In this document: piece after piece, positions 31,828 through 41,544 of the stretch
Layout of the letters: each line of letters begins with the position of its first letter
Numbering within the stretch: the first letter of the stretch is position 1
NCBI GenBank assembly: GCA_034422835.1
Contig: DAOUJJ010000011.1
Coordinates: 2,942-66,941, forward strand
Direction of reading: 5' to 3'
DNA length: 64,000 bases
DNA from: Dehalococcoidia bacterium
GTDB lineage: Bacteria > Chloroflexota > Dehalococcoidia > UBA6926
Translations under genes and position numbers: made by a program
The notes under the pieces: generated by a model
The model's database searches: none
What the model was told of the DNA's origin: nothing
What the model saw: only the letters and a program-made list of their open reading frames with translations

Positions 31828-33294
31828 ATGGCAGACTCGACGAGCAACGGGGTGCTGGGAACGTTTTCCTCGCCGGGCGAGGTAATCTCCTACCTGGCCG
31901 AAAACGACATCAAGATGGTCGACCTGCGGTTCACGGACTTGCTGGGGACAACGCAGCACTTCACGATCCCCGCAGCCCTGCTGGACGAAGGCATGTTCAG
32001 AAACGGCACGGGCTTCGACGGCTCAAGCATTCGCGGATTCCAAACAATCGACGAGTCCGACATGCTCGTGGTGCCCGATCCCGCCGGCGCGTACGTGGAC
32101 CCGCTGTTGCAGGTCTCGACCCTGGCCGTGATCTGTGACATCCGCGACCCCGTAACAGGGCAGTCCTATTCACGCGACCCGCGCTACGTGGCGCGCAAGG
32201 CGGAGGAGTATCTCAAGAGCACCGGCATCGCGGACACCAGTTTCTGGGGCCCGGAGGCGGAGTTCTTCATCTTCGACAGCGCCCGCTACGACTACCAGCA
32301 GAATGAGGGCTACTTCTTCATCGACTCCAACGAGGGCATCTGGAACTCCGGCATGGAGAGCTTCCTGGACAGCCCCAACCTGGCCCATCGTCCGCGCAAC
32401 AAGGGCGGCTACTTCCCCCTCCCCCCCGTCGATACGCAGCAGGATTTGCGGTCTGAGATCATCCTCTCGATGATGGACGCCGGCCTGAACATCGACAAGC
32501 ACCACCATGAGGTGGCCACCGCGGGACAGGGCGAGATCGGCCTCCACTACGGGCCGCTGGTGGCCGAGTGCGACGCCATCCAGATTTACAAGTACATCGT
32601 CAAGGAAAAGTCGCGACAGATGGGCAAGACCGCCACGTTCATGCCGAAGCCCATCTTTGGCGACAACGGCACCGGGATGCACACGCACCAGTCCCTCTGG
32701 AAGGACGGCGCCACCATCTTCTACGATGCGAACGGCTACGCGCAGACCAGCGAGATCATGCGCTTCTACATCGGCGGGCTGCTCAAGCACGCCGCCTCCA
32801 TCCTGGCCTTTGCCGCGCCGACGACGAACTCGTACCGGCGGCTGGTGCCGGGCTATGAGGCGCCCGTGAACCTCGTCTACTCGCAGCGGAATCGGAGCGC
32901 GGCAGTGCGGATTCCGATGTACGAGATGGACACGCCGGCCGCCAAGCGCATTGAGTTCCGCTGCCCGGATCCTCTGGCGAACTCCTACCTGGCATTCTCC
33001 GCGATGCTGATGGCGGGGCTGGACGGCATCCAGAACCGGATCGACCCGGGCCCGTCCGTGGACCACGACATCTACGAGATGGAGGGCGAAGAGGCGGCAG
33101 CGCTGCCCAACGTCCCCGGCAGCCTTGCTGAAGCCCTGGATGCGCTTGAGGCGGACAACGAGTACCTGCTCAAGGGCGGCGTCTTCACGCCGGACCTCAT
33201 CGAGGGCTGGATCTCCTACAAGCGGGAGAACGAGGTGGATCCGATGCGCCTCCGCCCGCACCCCTACGAGTACTTCCTGTACTACGACGGCTAA
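31828..33294 (+). CDS. glnA: Glutamine synthetase type I (beta-like)
   Basis: FDGSSIRGF, HHHEVATAGQ, MPKPIFGDNGTGMH, adenylylation-site-like DIYEM; SD AAGGAG. Confidence 0.95.
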   Translation: MADSTSNGVLGTFSSPGEVISYLAENDIKMVDLRFTDLLGTTQHFTIPAALLDEGMFRNGTGFDGSSIRGFQTIDESDMLVVPDPAGAYVDPLLQVSTLAVICDIRDPVTGQSYSRDPRYVARKAEEYLKSTGIADTSFWGPEAEFFIFDSARYDYQQNEGYFFIDSNEGIWNSGMESFLDSPNLAHRPRNKGGYFPLPPVDTQQDLRSEIILSMMDAGLNIDKHHHEVATAGQGEIGLHYGPLVAECDAIQIYKYIVKEKSRQMGKTATFMPKPIFGDNGTGMHTHQSLWKDGATIFYDANGYAQTSEIMRFYIGGLLKHAASILAFAAPTTNSYRRLVPGYEAPVNLVYSQRNRSAAVRIPMYEMDTPAAKRIEFRCPDPLANSYLAFSAMLMAGLDGIQNRIDPGPSVDHDIYEMEGEEAAALPNVPGSLAEALDALEADNEYLLKGGVFTPDLIEGWISYKRENEVDPMRLRPHPYEYFLYYDG

Positions 33295-33436
33295 ACGGCA
33301 ACATCCCAAGCACAGCGGCGCGCCTGCGGGACTATTCGGCTGATGAGCGGCCGGGTCTCGCAGGTGCTCGCCGCCCCTCGGGGCGGTAATCCGTAACAAC
33401 GCAGAACGGCCAACCACAAGAAGCCACGGGAAAACG

Positions 33437-34786
33437 GTGGGAACGGTGGCAATACAGGCTGACGAATCGGCTAGAGAATTCGTGCTCCGAACAGTCAAGG
33501 AGCGCAACGTCAAGTTCATCAGGTTGTGGTTCTCGGACATCCTCGGGAACCTCAAGGGGTTCTCATTGAGTCCCGCGCAGCTTGAGGTCGCGCTTGAGCA
33601 CGGCATCGGTTTCGATGGCGCGTCCATTGAGGGATTCGCCCGCGTTGACGAGTCGGACATGGTTGCCGTGCCGGACCCCTCCACCTTTGCCATCCTGCCA
33701 TGGCGTCCGGAGCACCCGGGCGTCGCCCGCATCTTCGCGGACATCTACACGCCGGAGGGCGAGCCCTTCGACGGCGACCCGCGCTATGTCCTCCGCCGCA
33801 ACCTGCAGCGCGCGCAGGAACTCGGCTACACGTTCTATGTCGGCCCGGAGCTTGAGTACTACTATTTCCGCGCGCCGGACGACCCGACGCCACTGGACAA
33901 CGGCGGCTACTTCGATCAGATGCCGTTGGACGTGGCGTCAGACCTCCGCAGGGAAACGATCCTGACGCTGGAGGAGATGGGGATCGAGGCGGAATACAGC
34001 CACCATGAGGTCGCGCCCGGGCAGGACGAGATCGTCCTGCGGTACACGGACGCGCTGACGATGGCCGACAACTGCATGACCTATCGCCTTGTGGTGCGTG
34101 AAATCGCGCGGCAGCACGGCGTCCATGCCACGTTCATGCCGAAACCCATTACCACTGAGAACGGCAGCGGCATGCACACGCACCAGTCACTCTTCAGGGG
34201 TGAGGCCAACGCCTTCTATTCCCAGGACGACCCGAATAACCTATCCCCGATTGCCCTGAATTTCATCGCGGGACTGCTTGAGCACGCCCCGGCATTCACC
34301 GCCATCACCAACCAGTGGATCAATTCCTACAAACGGCTCGTGCCGGGCTATGAGGCGCCGGTGTACTTGACGTGGGCACACAGGAACAGATCGGACCTCA
34401 TCCGCATCCCCCGCGTGCCGCCCGGCAACCCGGAGGCTGCGCGTCTCGAATACCGAGCGCCTGATCCCGCCTGCAACCCGTACCTCGCCTTCTCAGTCAT
34501 GCTCGCCGCCGGCCTTGACGGCATCGAGCGCAATCTGCAGCCGCCGGAGCCCTTGAACGACAATGCCTTTGGCATGTCCGAGGCGCAGCGGGCCGAGATG
34601 GGCATCGGCGAACTGCCGCGAAGCCTCCATGAGGCAATCCTGCTGACAGAGCAGAGCGACCTTGTACGAGGCGCGCTGGGCAAGCACATCTTTGACAGCT
34701 TCATCCGCAACAAGCGGATCGAGTGGGATTCCTTCCGCGCGCACGTGACGGACTTTGAAATCGACCGCTACCTACAGACTTTGTGA
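33437..34786 (+). CDS. glnA: Second glutamine synthetase-family protein (GSI alpha-like)
   Basis: FDGASIEGF, SHHEVAPGQ, MPKPI..NGSGMH, EYRAPDPACNPY. Confidence 0.88.
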   Translation: MGTVAIQADESAREFVLRTVKERNVKFIRLWFSDILGNLKGFSLSPAQLEVALEHGIGFDGASIEGFARVDESDMVAVPDPSTFAILPWRPEHPGVARIFADIYTPEGEPFDGDPRYVLRRNLQRAQELGYTFYVGPELEYYYFRAPDDPTPLDNGGYFDQMPLDVASDLRRETILTLEEMGIEAEYSHHEVAPGQDEIVLRYTDALTMADNCMTYRLVVREIARQHGVHATFMPKPITTENGSGMHTHQSLFRGEANAFYSQDDPNNLSPIALNFIAGLLEHAPAFTAITNQWINSYKRLVPGYEAPVYLTWAHRNRSDLIRIPRVPPGNPEAARLEYRAPDPACNPYLAFSVMLAAGLDGIERNLQPPEPLNDNAFGMSEAQRAEMGIGELPRSLHEAILLTEQSDLVRGALGKHIFDSFIRNKRIEWDSFRAHVTDFEIDRYLQTL

Positions 34787-34837
34787 AATTCGTCGCATAC
34801 CCCGTGAGTTTGAAGGGGGTTTTGTGTACAATTGGCT

Positions 34838-37800
34838 ATGGCCTCAATAGAAGCACGTCGATGGCGGCGTCCTGAAGCGCCGCCCCTATACGATCCCATC
34901 CACGAAAAGGATGCTTGCGGAACCGGCTTTATCGCACAGGTTTCCGGCGTCCCGTCGCATGACATCGTCAGGCAGGCAATCACTGCCGTCACCAACCTCA
35001 CGCATCGCGGCGCGGTGTCCGCGGACGCCCGCACGGGCGATGGCGCGGGCATCCTGACACAACTCCCGCGCAAGCTGCTCCTCCGCGAGTTGGCCTCACA
35101 AGGCATTTCCGACGTCTCCGGCGACGACCTCGCCGTCGGCATGGTTTTCTTCACTCCGGCCGACCCTGAGGGCGCGGAACACGCCACCAAGACCATCGAG
35201 GAAGAAACGTCCCGGCGCGGTCTGCGCTTCCTCATGTGGCGCGACGTGCCGAACGATCCGTCCGTGCTCGGCGAGCAGGCGCTTGCGACGCTGCCGGACA
35301 TCCGGCAGGCGATCATTGCTTGTCCACCTGACATGGACAAAGATGCCTTTGAGCGCGCACTGTACCTGGTGCGGCGAGCCGTCGAGGCAGAGATGACCGG
35401 GCGGGGTGATGACGAGTTCTACATCCCGTCCTTTTCGTCACGGACAGTTGTGTACAAGGGTCTGCTTGTCGCCACGCAGTTGTCGGGCTTCTACAAAGAC
35501 CTGGATGACCCCGATTTCGAGTCGGCTCTGGCCGTCTTCCACCAGCGCTATTCCACAAACACGTTCCCCAACTGGCAGCTCTCCCAGCCGTTCCGGTTCC
35601 TGGCCCACAATGGCGAGATCAACACGCTGCAGGGCAACCGCAATTGGCTGCGGGCGCGTGAGGCCGACCTCAGTTCAGATGTGTGGTCGAAGGATGATCT
35701 GCGGACCATAACGCCGGTGACAGCGCAGGGAGTCTCCGATTCCGCCTCGCTGGATCACGCATTTGAACTCCTGCAGGTGTCCGGTCGGAGCCTGCTGCAC
35801 TCGATGATGATGCTCACGCCGGAGGCGTGGGAGAACATGCCCCACATGGACGAGGACCTGCGCGGGTTCTATCGCTACCACGCATCCCTGACCGAGCCGT
35901 GGGACGGCCCCGCCGCGCTGGCGTGGTCGGACGGTGAAACAGTCGGCGCGTCGCTGGATCGCAACGGCCTGCGCCCTGCCCGCTACATCATCACGGATGA
36001 CGGCCTCGTCGTCATGGGCTCAGAGGTCGGCGTTCTGCCGGACATCTCTATTGACCGCATCGTCGAAAAGGGGCGGCTCGGCCCCGGGCACATGATTGCC
36101 GTTGACACGCGCAGCGGCCGAATCATGAAGAACGGCGACATCAAGAGCGAAATCGCTGTGCAGCAGCCGTACCGCGAGTGGGCGGAGCGGCAGTACATCA
36201 AGCTGAACGTGCCCATCCGCGCTATGCAGAACGGCGCGGGGCATCACATCGAGGATGAGATGGAGTTGATGCGCCGCCAAAAGGCCTTTGGCATGACGGC
36301 GGAAGAGCTGCTCATCATCATCAAGCCCATGGTGCAGGAGGGCAAGGACGCCACGTATTCGATGGGCGATGACACGCCGTTGGCGGTCTTCTCCCGGATG
36401 CAGCCTTCCCTGTTCAACTACTTCAAGCAGCGATTCGCCCAGGTGACGAACCCGGCCATCGACCCCATCCGCGAGGCCATCGTCATGTCCGCCGAGACAT
36501 ACCTCGGGCCGCGCGACAGCATGCTGCGGGAGCGGGAGGAGGCGGCGCATCTGCTTGCTATCCCCGGCCCCGTCATCCGCGATCACGAGTTGGACGCCAT
36601 CCGCGCTGTCGATTCACCGCATCTTTCGTCCGTCACCCTGCCGACAGTCTTTGCCGTTGAGGACGGCCCTGACGCGTTGGAGCGGGCGATTGACGATCTC
36701 TGCGAACAGGCAGTGTCCGCAGTGGACGCGGGGCATTCGATCATCATTCTCTCAGACAGGGCCGTTGACGAGCGGCACGCCCCCATCCCGATGATGCTGG
36801 CGCTCGGGGCAGTCCACCATGACCTCATTCGACGCGGCAAGCGCATGAAGGCGAGCCTTGTCTGTGACACGGGCGCGGCCAGAGAGGTACACCATTTCGC
36901 GGCTCTCATCGGTTACGGCGCTAGCGCCGTCAACCCCTACCTCATCTGGGAGAGCCTGCGTGAACTCTTCGAACGCGGCGAGTTCAGCGAGGAGGAGGAC
37001 GAGGACTACACCATCGCCAAGTACCAGGCGTCGGCCAACAAGGGCGTGCTGAAGATCATGTCCAAGATCGGCATCTCGACAGTTACGTCCTACCATGGCG
37101 CCCAGATTTTCGAGGCCATCGGCCTCAGCGACGAGATCGTTGAGAAGTGCTTCGCGGGCACGCCGTCGCAGGTGGGCGGACTGGGATTCCGCGAGTTGGC
37201 GGCGGACGTCCTCGCCCGGCAGGATCGCGCCTTCAACTCGGAACTGACGCCGAAATCCAAGCTGGAAGACCACGGATTCATCCGCTATCGCAAGAGCGGA
37301 GAGTTCCACGCCAACAACCCCATCGTCGTGCGCACGCTCCACAAGGCCGTCCGGTCCGGCGACTACGAGGACTATGTGCCCTACCGCGACGCGCTGAACA
37401 ATCGGCCGGTCTCCTCGCTGCGGGACGTACTGACGTTCAATAAGACGCGTGAGCCGATTTCCATCGACGAGGTGGAGCCAATCGAAGAGATCTGGAAACA
37501 CTTCACGACGGGCGCAATGTCGCTCGGCGCGTTGAGCCCCCCCGCGCACGAGACCCTGGCGATGGCCATGAATCACATCGGCGGCGCGTCTGACACAGGA
37601 GAGGGCGGTGAGGACCCGCGGCGGTTCCGCGGCCTTACGCGCGGCTACAACGCCAACACCAAGATCAAGCAGGTCGCGTCAGGCCGTTTCGGCGTCACGC
37701 CGGAATACCTGGCCATGGCCGAAGAACTTGAGATCAAGATGGCGCAGGGCTCCAAGCCCGGCGAGGGCGGACAACTCCCGGGCCACAAGGTTATTGAGTA

Positions 37801-39415
37801 CATCGCCTATATTCGCCACACCCAGCCCGGCATCACGCTGATCTCGCCGCCGCCGCACCATGACATCTACTCCATCGAGGATTTGGCACAGCTCATCTAT
37901 GACCTCAAGACGGTCAATCCCCGCGCCAAGGTCAGCGTCAAGCTGGTGGCGGAGGCAGGCGTCGGCACAATCGCCGCCGGCGTCGCCAAGGGCTACGCGG
38001 ACAAGGTTCAGATTTCAGGCCATGAGGGCGGCACGGGCGCGAGCCCGCTGTCATCCATCAAGAACGCCGGCACGCCGTGGGAGTTGGGCCTGACGGAAGC
38101 GCAACAGGTCCTGGTGATGAATGACCTGCGTGGCCGTGTCAAGCTGCGCACGGACGGCGGAATCCGCACGGGGCGCGACGTAGTCATAGCAACGATGCTC
38201 GGCGCGGATGAAGTCGGCTTTGGCACAGTCGCCCTGCTCGCGCTTGGCTGTGAAATGGCGCGTCAGTGTCACCTGAACAGTTGCCCCGTCGGGGTGGCCA
38301 CCCAACGCGACGACTTGATCGCCAAGTTCAACGGCTCCGTCGAGACAGTCGTGAATTACTTCACGTTCGTCGCAACGGAGGTCCGTGAAATCCTTGCAAG
38401 CATCGGCGTGCGCTCGTTGAATGAGATCATCGGCCACCCGGAGTTCCTGACGCTGCGCCCGGACATTGAAGAGTTCGAGCGCGCTAGGTTCGTTGACGCC
38501 CTCAAGCTGATCGCCCCTGCCGACCCCACATTCCAGCGTCCGGTCAGCAATGAGCAAGACCGCAACGACAGGCCGAACGACGAGAAGCTCGATGACCGCA
38601 TCCTCTCGGAAATCACCGGCGCAATCGAGAGCAGGAATCACGTTTCGCTGTCCTATGACATCAGGAACGCGCAGCGCACGGTCGGCGCGCGCATCTCGGG
38701 AGCCATCGCGCACCGTTACGGCGTGAAGGGACTGCCCCCCGGCACGATCGACCTGTCGTTCACCGGTTCCGCCGGGCAGAGCTTTGGCGCGTTCCTGAAT
38801 GAGGGCGTGCGGATGACGCTGACGGGCGAGGCGAATGACTATGTCGGCAAGGGCATGGCGGGTGGTGAGCTCGTCATCAGGCCGCCTGCCGATGCGAACT
38901 TCGAGACGCACAAGAACTCCATCATCGGCAACACCTGTATCTACGGCGGCACGGGCGGGTACTTCTTTGTTGCCGGACGCGCGGGAGAGCGGTTCGCAGT
39001 GCGAAACAGCGGCACGCAGGCCGTTGTGGAGGGCGTGGGCGATCACGGCTGTGAGTACATGACCAGCGGAATCGTCGTGGTGCTCGGAACGGTGGGGCGC
39101 AACTTCGGCGCGGGCATGTCCGGCGGAGCGGCGTTCGTACTGGACGAGAACGGTGATTTCCCGTCGCTGTACAACCAGGAACTGCTGGTCCTGGACAGGC
39201 TTGAAGACGATGACGACGAGCGGCACGTGCTGGAGCTCATCGAGCGCCATGCCGAAACAACCGGCAGTAAGCGCTCCGCGGAGATCCTGGCCGACTGGCC
39301 CAGGTACCGCGCGATGTTCTGGAAGGCGCTTCCGGCGCAGCTGCGGGATAAGAATCTCTCGCTAGCCGAGGTACTCAAGAAGGTTGAGGGCGCCGCGCTC
39401 GTAACAGCGCATTAG
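34838..39415 (+). CDS. gltB: Glutamate synthase large subunit
   Basis: EKDACGTGF (Ntn Cys), HQRYSTNT, KMAQGSKPGEGG, CEMARQCHLNSCPVG. Confidence 0.97.
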   Translation: MASIEARRWRRPEAPPLYDPIHEKDACGTGFIAQVSGVPSHDIVRQAITAVTNLTHRGAVSADARTGDGAGILTQLPRKLLLRELASQGISDVSGDDLAVGMVFFTPADPEGAEHATKTIEEETSRRGLRFLMWRDVPNDPSVLGEQALATLPDIRQAIIACPPDMDKDAFERALYLVRRAVEAEMTGRGDDEFYIPSFSSRTVVYKGLLVATQLSGFYKDLDDPDFESALAVFHQRYSTNTFPNWQLSQPFRFLAHNGEINTLQGNRNWLRAREADLSSDVWSKDDLRTITPVTAQGVSDSASLDHAFELLQVSGRSLLHSMMMLTPEAWENMPHMDEDLRGFYRYHASLTEPWDGPAALAWSDGETVGASLDRNGLRPARYIITDDGLVVMGSEVGVLPDISIDRIVEKGRLGPGHMIAVDTRSGRIMKNGDIKSEIAVQQPYREWAERQYIKLNVPIRAMQNGAGHHIEDEMELMRRQKAFGMTAEELLIIIKPMVQEGKDATYSMGDDTPLAVFSRMQPSLFNYFKQRFAQVTNPAIDPIREAIVMSAETYLGPRDSMLREREEAAHLLAIPGPVIRDHELDAIRAVDSPHLSSVTLPTVFAVEDGPDALERAIDDLCEQAVSAVDAGHSIIILSDRAVDERHAPIPMMLALGAVHHDLIRRGKRMKASLVCDTGAAREVHHFAALIGYGASAVNPYLIWESLRELFERGEFSEEEDEDYTIAKYQASANKGVLKIMSKIGISTVTSYHGAQIFEAIGLSDEIVEKCFAGTPSQVGGLGFRELAADVLARQDRAFNSELTPKSKLEDHGFIRYRKSGEFHANNPIVVRTLHKAVRSGDYEDYVPYRDALNNRPVSSLRDVLTFNKTREPISIDEVEPIEEIWKHFTTGAMSLGALSPPAHETLAMAMNHIGGASDTGEGGEDPRRFRGLTRGYNANTKIKQVASGRFGVTPEYLAMAEELEIKMAQGSKPGEGGQLPGHKVIEYIAYIRHTQPGITLISPPPHHDIYSIEDLAQLIYDLKTVNPRAKVSVKLVAEAGVGTIAAGVAKGYADKVQISGHEGGTGASPLSSIKNAGTPWELGLTEAQQVLVMNDLRGRVKLRTDGGIRTGRDVVIATMLGADEVGFGTVALLALGCEMARQCHLNSCPVGVATQRDDLIAKFNGSVETVVNYFTFVATEVREILASIGVRSLNEIIGHPEFLTLRPDIEEFERARFVDALKLIAPADPTFQRPVSNEQDRNDRPNDEKLDDRILSEITGAIESRNHVSLSYDIRNAQRTVGARISGAIAHRYGVKGLPPGTIDLSFTGSAGQSFGAFLNEGVRMTLTGEANDYVGKGMAGGELVIRPPADANFETHKNSIIGNTCIYGGTGGYFFVAGRAGERFAVRNSGTQAVVEGVGDHGCEYMTSGIVVVLGTVGRNFGAGMSGGAAFVLDENGDFPSLYNQELLVLDRLEDDDDERHVLELIERHAETTGSKRSAEILADWPRYRAMFWKALPAQLRDKNLSLAEVLKKVEGAALVTAH

Positions 39416-39603
39416 GGGAAGCGCCCGTCACACCGGCGTGTCCCCAAGGGGTCTTTCTTTCCGGTGGCGACGGCAAAGACGGGAAATTGCATTTTGCTGG
39501 TCATTACGTGATAGACTACCCCATCCGGCGTTAGCCGACGATTCGTGGCCGCGAAGGGCTCGAGTGGGGAATAGAGCCTCGCCGCCGTTCAAAGGAGATT
39601 CGC

Positions 39604-40332
39604 ATGAAGGCTGTCATTTTGGCAGCGGGACATGGCTCTCGCTTTAGCCAATACGGTATCCGCCATAAGGCGCTCCTGCCCGTCAACGGGCAGACGGTGA
39701 TTGACTACACACTGGACGGGATTCAACAGTCCGGCATAACGGACATCTGCATCGTCATCGGCCATGAGGGCCAGGCGTTGCAGGATGTACTGGGAGACGG
39801 CTCAACGCGGGGTGTCGACATCACGTATGTCATGAATACGGAGCACCATCGGGGAAACGCCGTTTCCGTCCTGACCGCGAAAGATGAGGTCGGCACGGAA
39901 CCGTTCATCCTCTCCATGGCCGATCACATGCCCTCGTCAGACATCATCATGGGGCTTGTCGACGGCGCGAAGGAGAACGGGTGGGACCTGAATGCGCTCG
40001 CCGTGGACTTTGACCCTGACGACCGCGATGTCGAGGAGGGGACGCGCGTCAGCGTGGATCATCACGGCCACATCGTGGCGATCGGCAAGAACCTGCCGAA
40101 CTGGAACGGCATCGATTGCGGCGTGTTCCGGTTCACCCCTGCCATCTTTGAGGCCATACAGGCCAAACTCGTGGAGGACAGTTCCCACGATGAACTGAGC
40201 CAGGCCGTGACGCGCATGATCCTCTCCGGGAACGCTCTCCATGCCCACGACGTTGACGGCGCGTTCTGGTTCGACGTGGACACGTGGGAAGACCTGAAGC
40301 TGGCGCGCGAGGCGCTCGGGTACGTCACGTAG
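39604..40332 (+). CDS. NTP-transferase, IPCT-like (CTP:inositol-1-phosphate cytidylyltransferase)
   Basis: KAVILAAGHGSR, FILSMADH, IGKNL...IDCGVF, WFDVDTWED; adjacent to a CDP-alcohol phosphotransferase. Confidence 0.75.
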   Translation: MKAVILAAGHGSRFSQYGIRHKALLPVNGQTVIDYTLDGIQQSGITDICIVIGHEGQALQDVLGDGSTRGVDITYVMNTEHHRGNAVSVLTAKDEVGTEPFILSMADHMPSSDIIMGLVDGAKENGWDLNALAVDFDPDDRDVEEGTRVSVDHHGHIVAIGKNLPNWNGIDCGVFRFTPAIFEAIQAKLVEDSSHDELSQAVTRMILSGNALHAHDVDGAFWFDVDTWEDLKLAREALGYVT

Positions 40333-40341
40333 CGCCGACGC

Positions 40342-40965
40342 ATGCACGAAGGCTTCGTCTCCCGCTACCTGAATCGACGTTTCTCGCGCCCCATCGCGCG
40401 GGCGCTCGTCCATACTCCCGTCACGCCGAACCAGGTTTCGCTCATCGCGTTCCTGATGGCCGTTGGAGCAGCTGCGCTCTTCTACTACGACCTCAACATA
40501 TGGGCGGGCGTACTCGTTCAGGCGTCGTCCATCGTGGACGGCGTCGATGGCGACTTGGCGCGCGCCAAGAACATGGCGAGCCAATTTGGGGGATTCTTCG
40601 ATGCTCTGCTGGACCGGTACGCGGACGCCGTCATCCTCGCCGGACTCGGCTATTGGGCATTCAAATTCCAGGCTGGCGCCGATCAGACTACGACCACGAT
40701 TCTCGCCGGGGCCGCCATCATCGGTTCACTGATGATCAGCTACAGCCGCGCGCGGGCGGAAGCCACGTTCGGCCAACCCTTTGAGGGTCTGCCCGGCGCG
40801 CTCGCGTCACGCGACCTGCGCCTGTTGGTGATTATGATCGGCGCGATCATCGGACAGGGCGTCGCGACACTGGCCGTCATCGGCGTCCTGACCAACATGG
40901 TTGTCCTTTGGCGCCTCGGCGTCGCCCGCCGGGGCAACGTGGGAGAGAGCATTGACGAGGACTAG
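40342..40965 (+). CDS. CDP-alcohol phosphotransferase, DIPPS-like
   Basis: EGFVSRYLNRRFS...TPNQVS; DGVDGDLAR...GGFFDALLD signature. Confidence 0.8.
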   Translation: MHEGFVSRYLNRRFSRPIARALVHTPVTPNQVSLIAFLMAVGAAALFYYDLNIWAGVLVQASSIVDGVDGDLARAKNMASQFGGFFDALLDRYADAVILAGLGYWAFKFQAGADQTTTTILAGAAIIGSLMISYSRARAEATFGQPFEGLPGALASRDLRLLVIMIGAIIGQGVATLAVIGVLTNMVVLWRLGVARRGNVGESIDED

Positions 40966-41051
40966 CTCGAGCTATCAGCGACGTTGTCTACACCCTGTGG
41001 GTTGCATATACTGCTGCTTGAAGCGCTCGACTAGTGGAACATTCAGGTAAA

Positions 41052-41312
41052 ATGACCACATCCAAGACACGGGTTACGCTCACAGTTGACGACGACTTCG
41101 TCGCACTATACAAATTGGCCGCCGAGAAGCGGGGCTTGACAACGTCGGAATTTGCGGAGAAACTCCTGCGATCCGTTATCGACGAAGGTCGTCCATCCTT
41201 TGTCGACAGGATGAGAGGGATGCTTGACCTCGAAAAGCTCCTGGAGAGGGCCAAGACAGACGACAGGCTGAGGTATCTGTTGACCAAATATGGATACATT
41301 GAGTCCAACTGA
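41052..41312 (+). CDS. Ribbon-helix-helix antitoxin-like protein (DUF6364-like), copy 1
   Basis: KTRVTLTVDDD...AAEKRGLTTSE...VDRMRG. Confidence 0.65.
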   Translation: MTTSKTRVTLTVDDDFVALYKLAAEKRGLTTSEFAEKLLRSVIDEGRPSFVDRMRGMLDLEKLLERAKTDDRLRYLLTKYGYIESN

Positions 41313-41322
41313 GGATTCGGGA

Positions 41323-41526
41323 ATGAAAAAAGAACTCACAATTTCCATTGACTCGCACATCATGGAGGCTGCACAAAACTTAGCCCAAGAGTCCGGAATG
41401 ACTCTCTCGGAGCTATTTGAGGATACTCTCATGCAAGTAGGCGACATCGGTAATGAGGGTTTTGGCGAACGAACGCCTGACAGAAAGTACCTCAGGGAAC
41501 GCGCAGCCAAACTCAAGGCGCTGTGA
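41323..41526 (+). CDS. Ribbon-helix-helix antitoxin-like protein (DUF6364-like), copy 2
   Basis: KKELTISID...AQESGMTLSELFE. Confidence 0.65.
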   Translation: MKKELTISIDSHIMEAAQNLAQESGMTLSELFEDTLMQVGDIGNEGFGERTPDRKYLRERAAKLKAL

Positions 41527-41544
41527 ACATAGGTCCGTGGCCAA

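Noticed and set aside
33340-33375. Hammerhead ribozyme (CTGATGA core)
   Set aside because: No GAAA follows the putative stem II, so the catalytic core is incomplete.
20827-39250. Long antisense or overlapping ORFs (e.g. 22963-24420, 32170-33744, 38051-39250)
   Set aside because: Shadows of high-GC housekeeping genes with no recognisable motifs.
40330-40332. Pyrrolysine recoding of the IPCT TAG
   Set aside because: No pyl genes or tRNA in the window; kept only as a generic readthrough or fission hypothesis.
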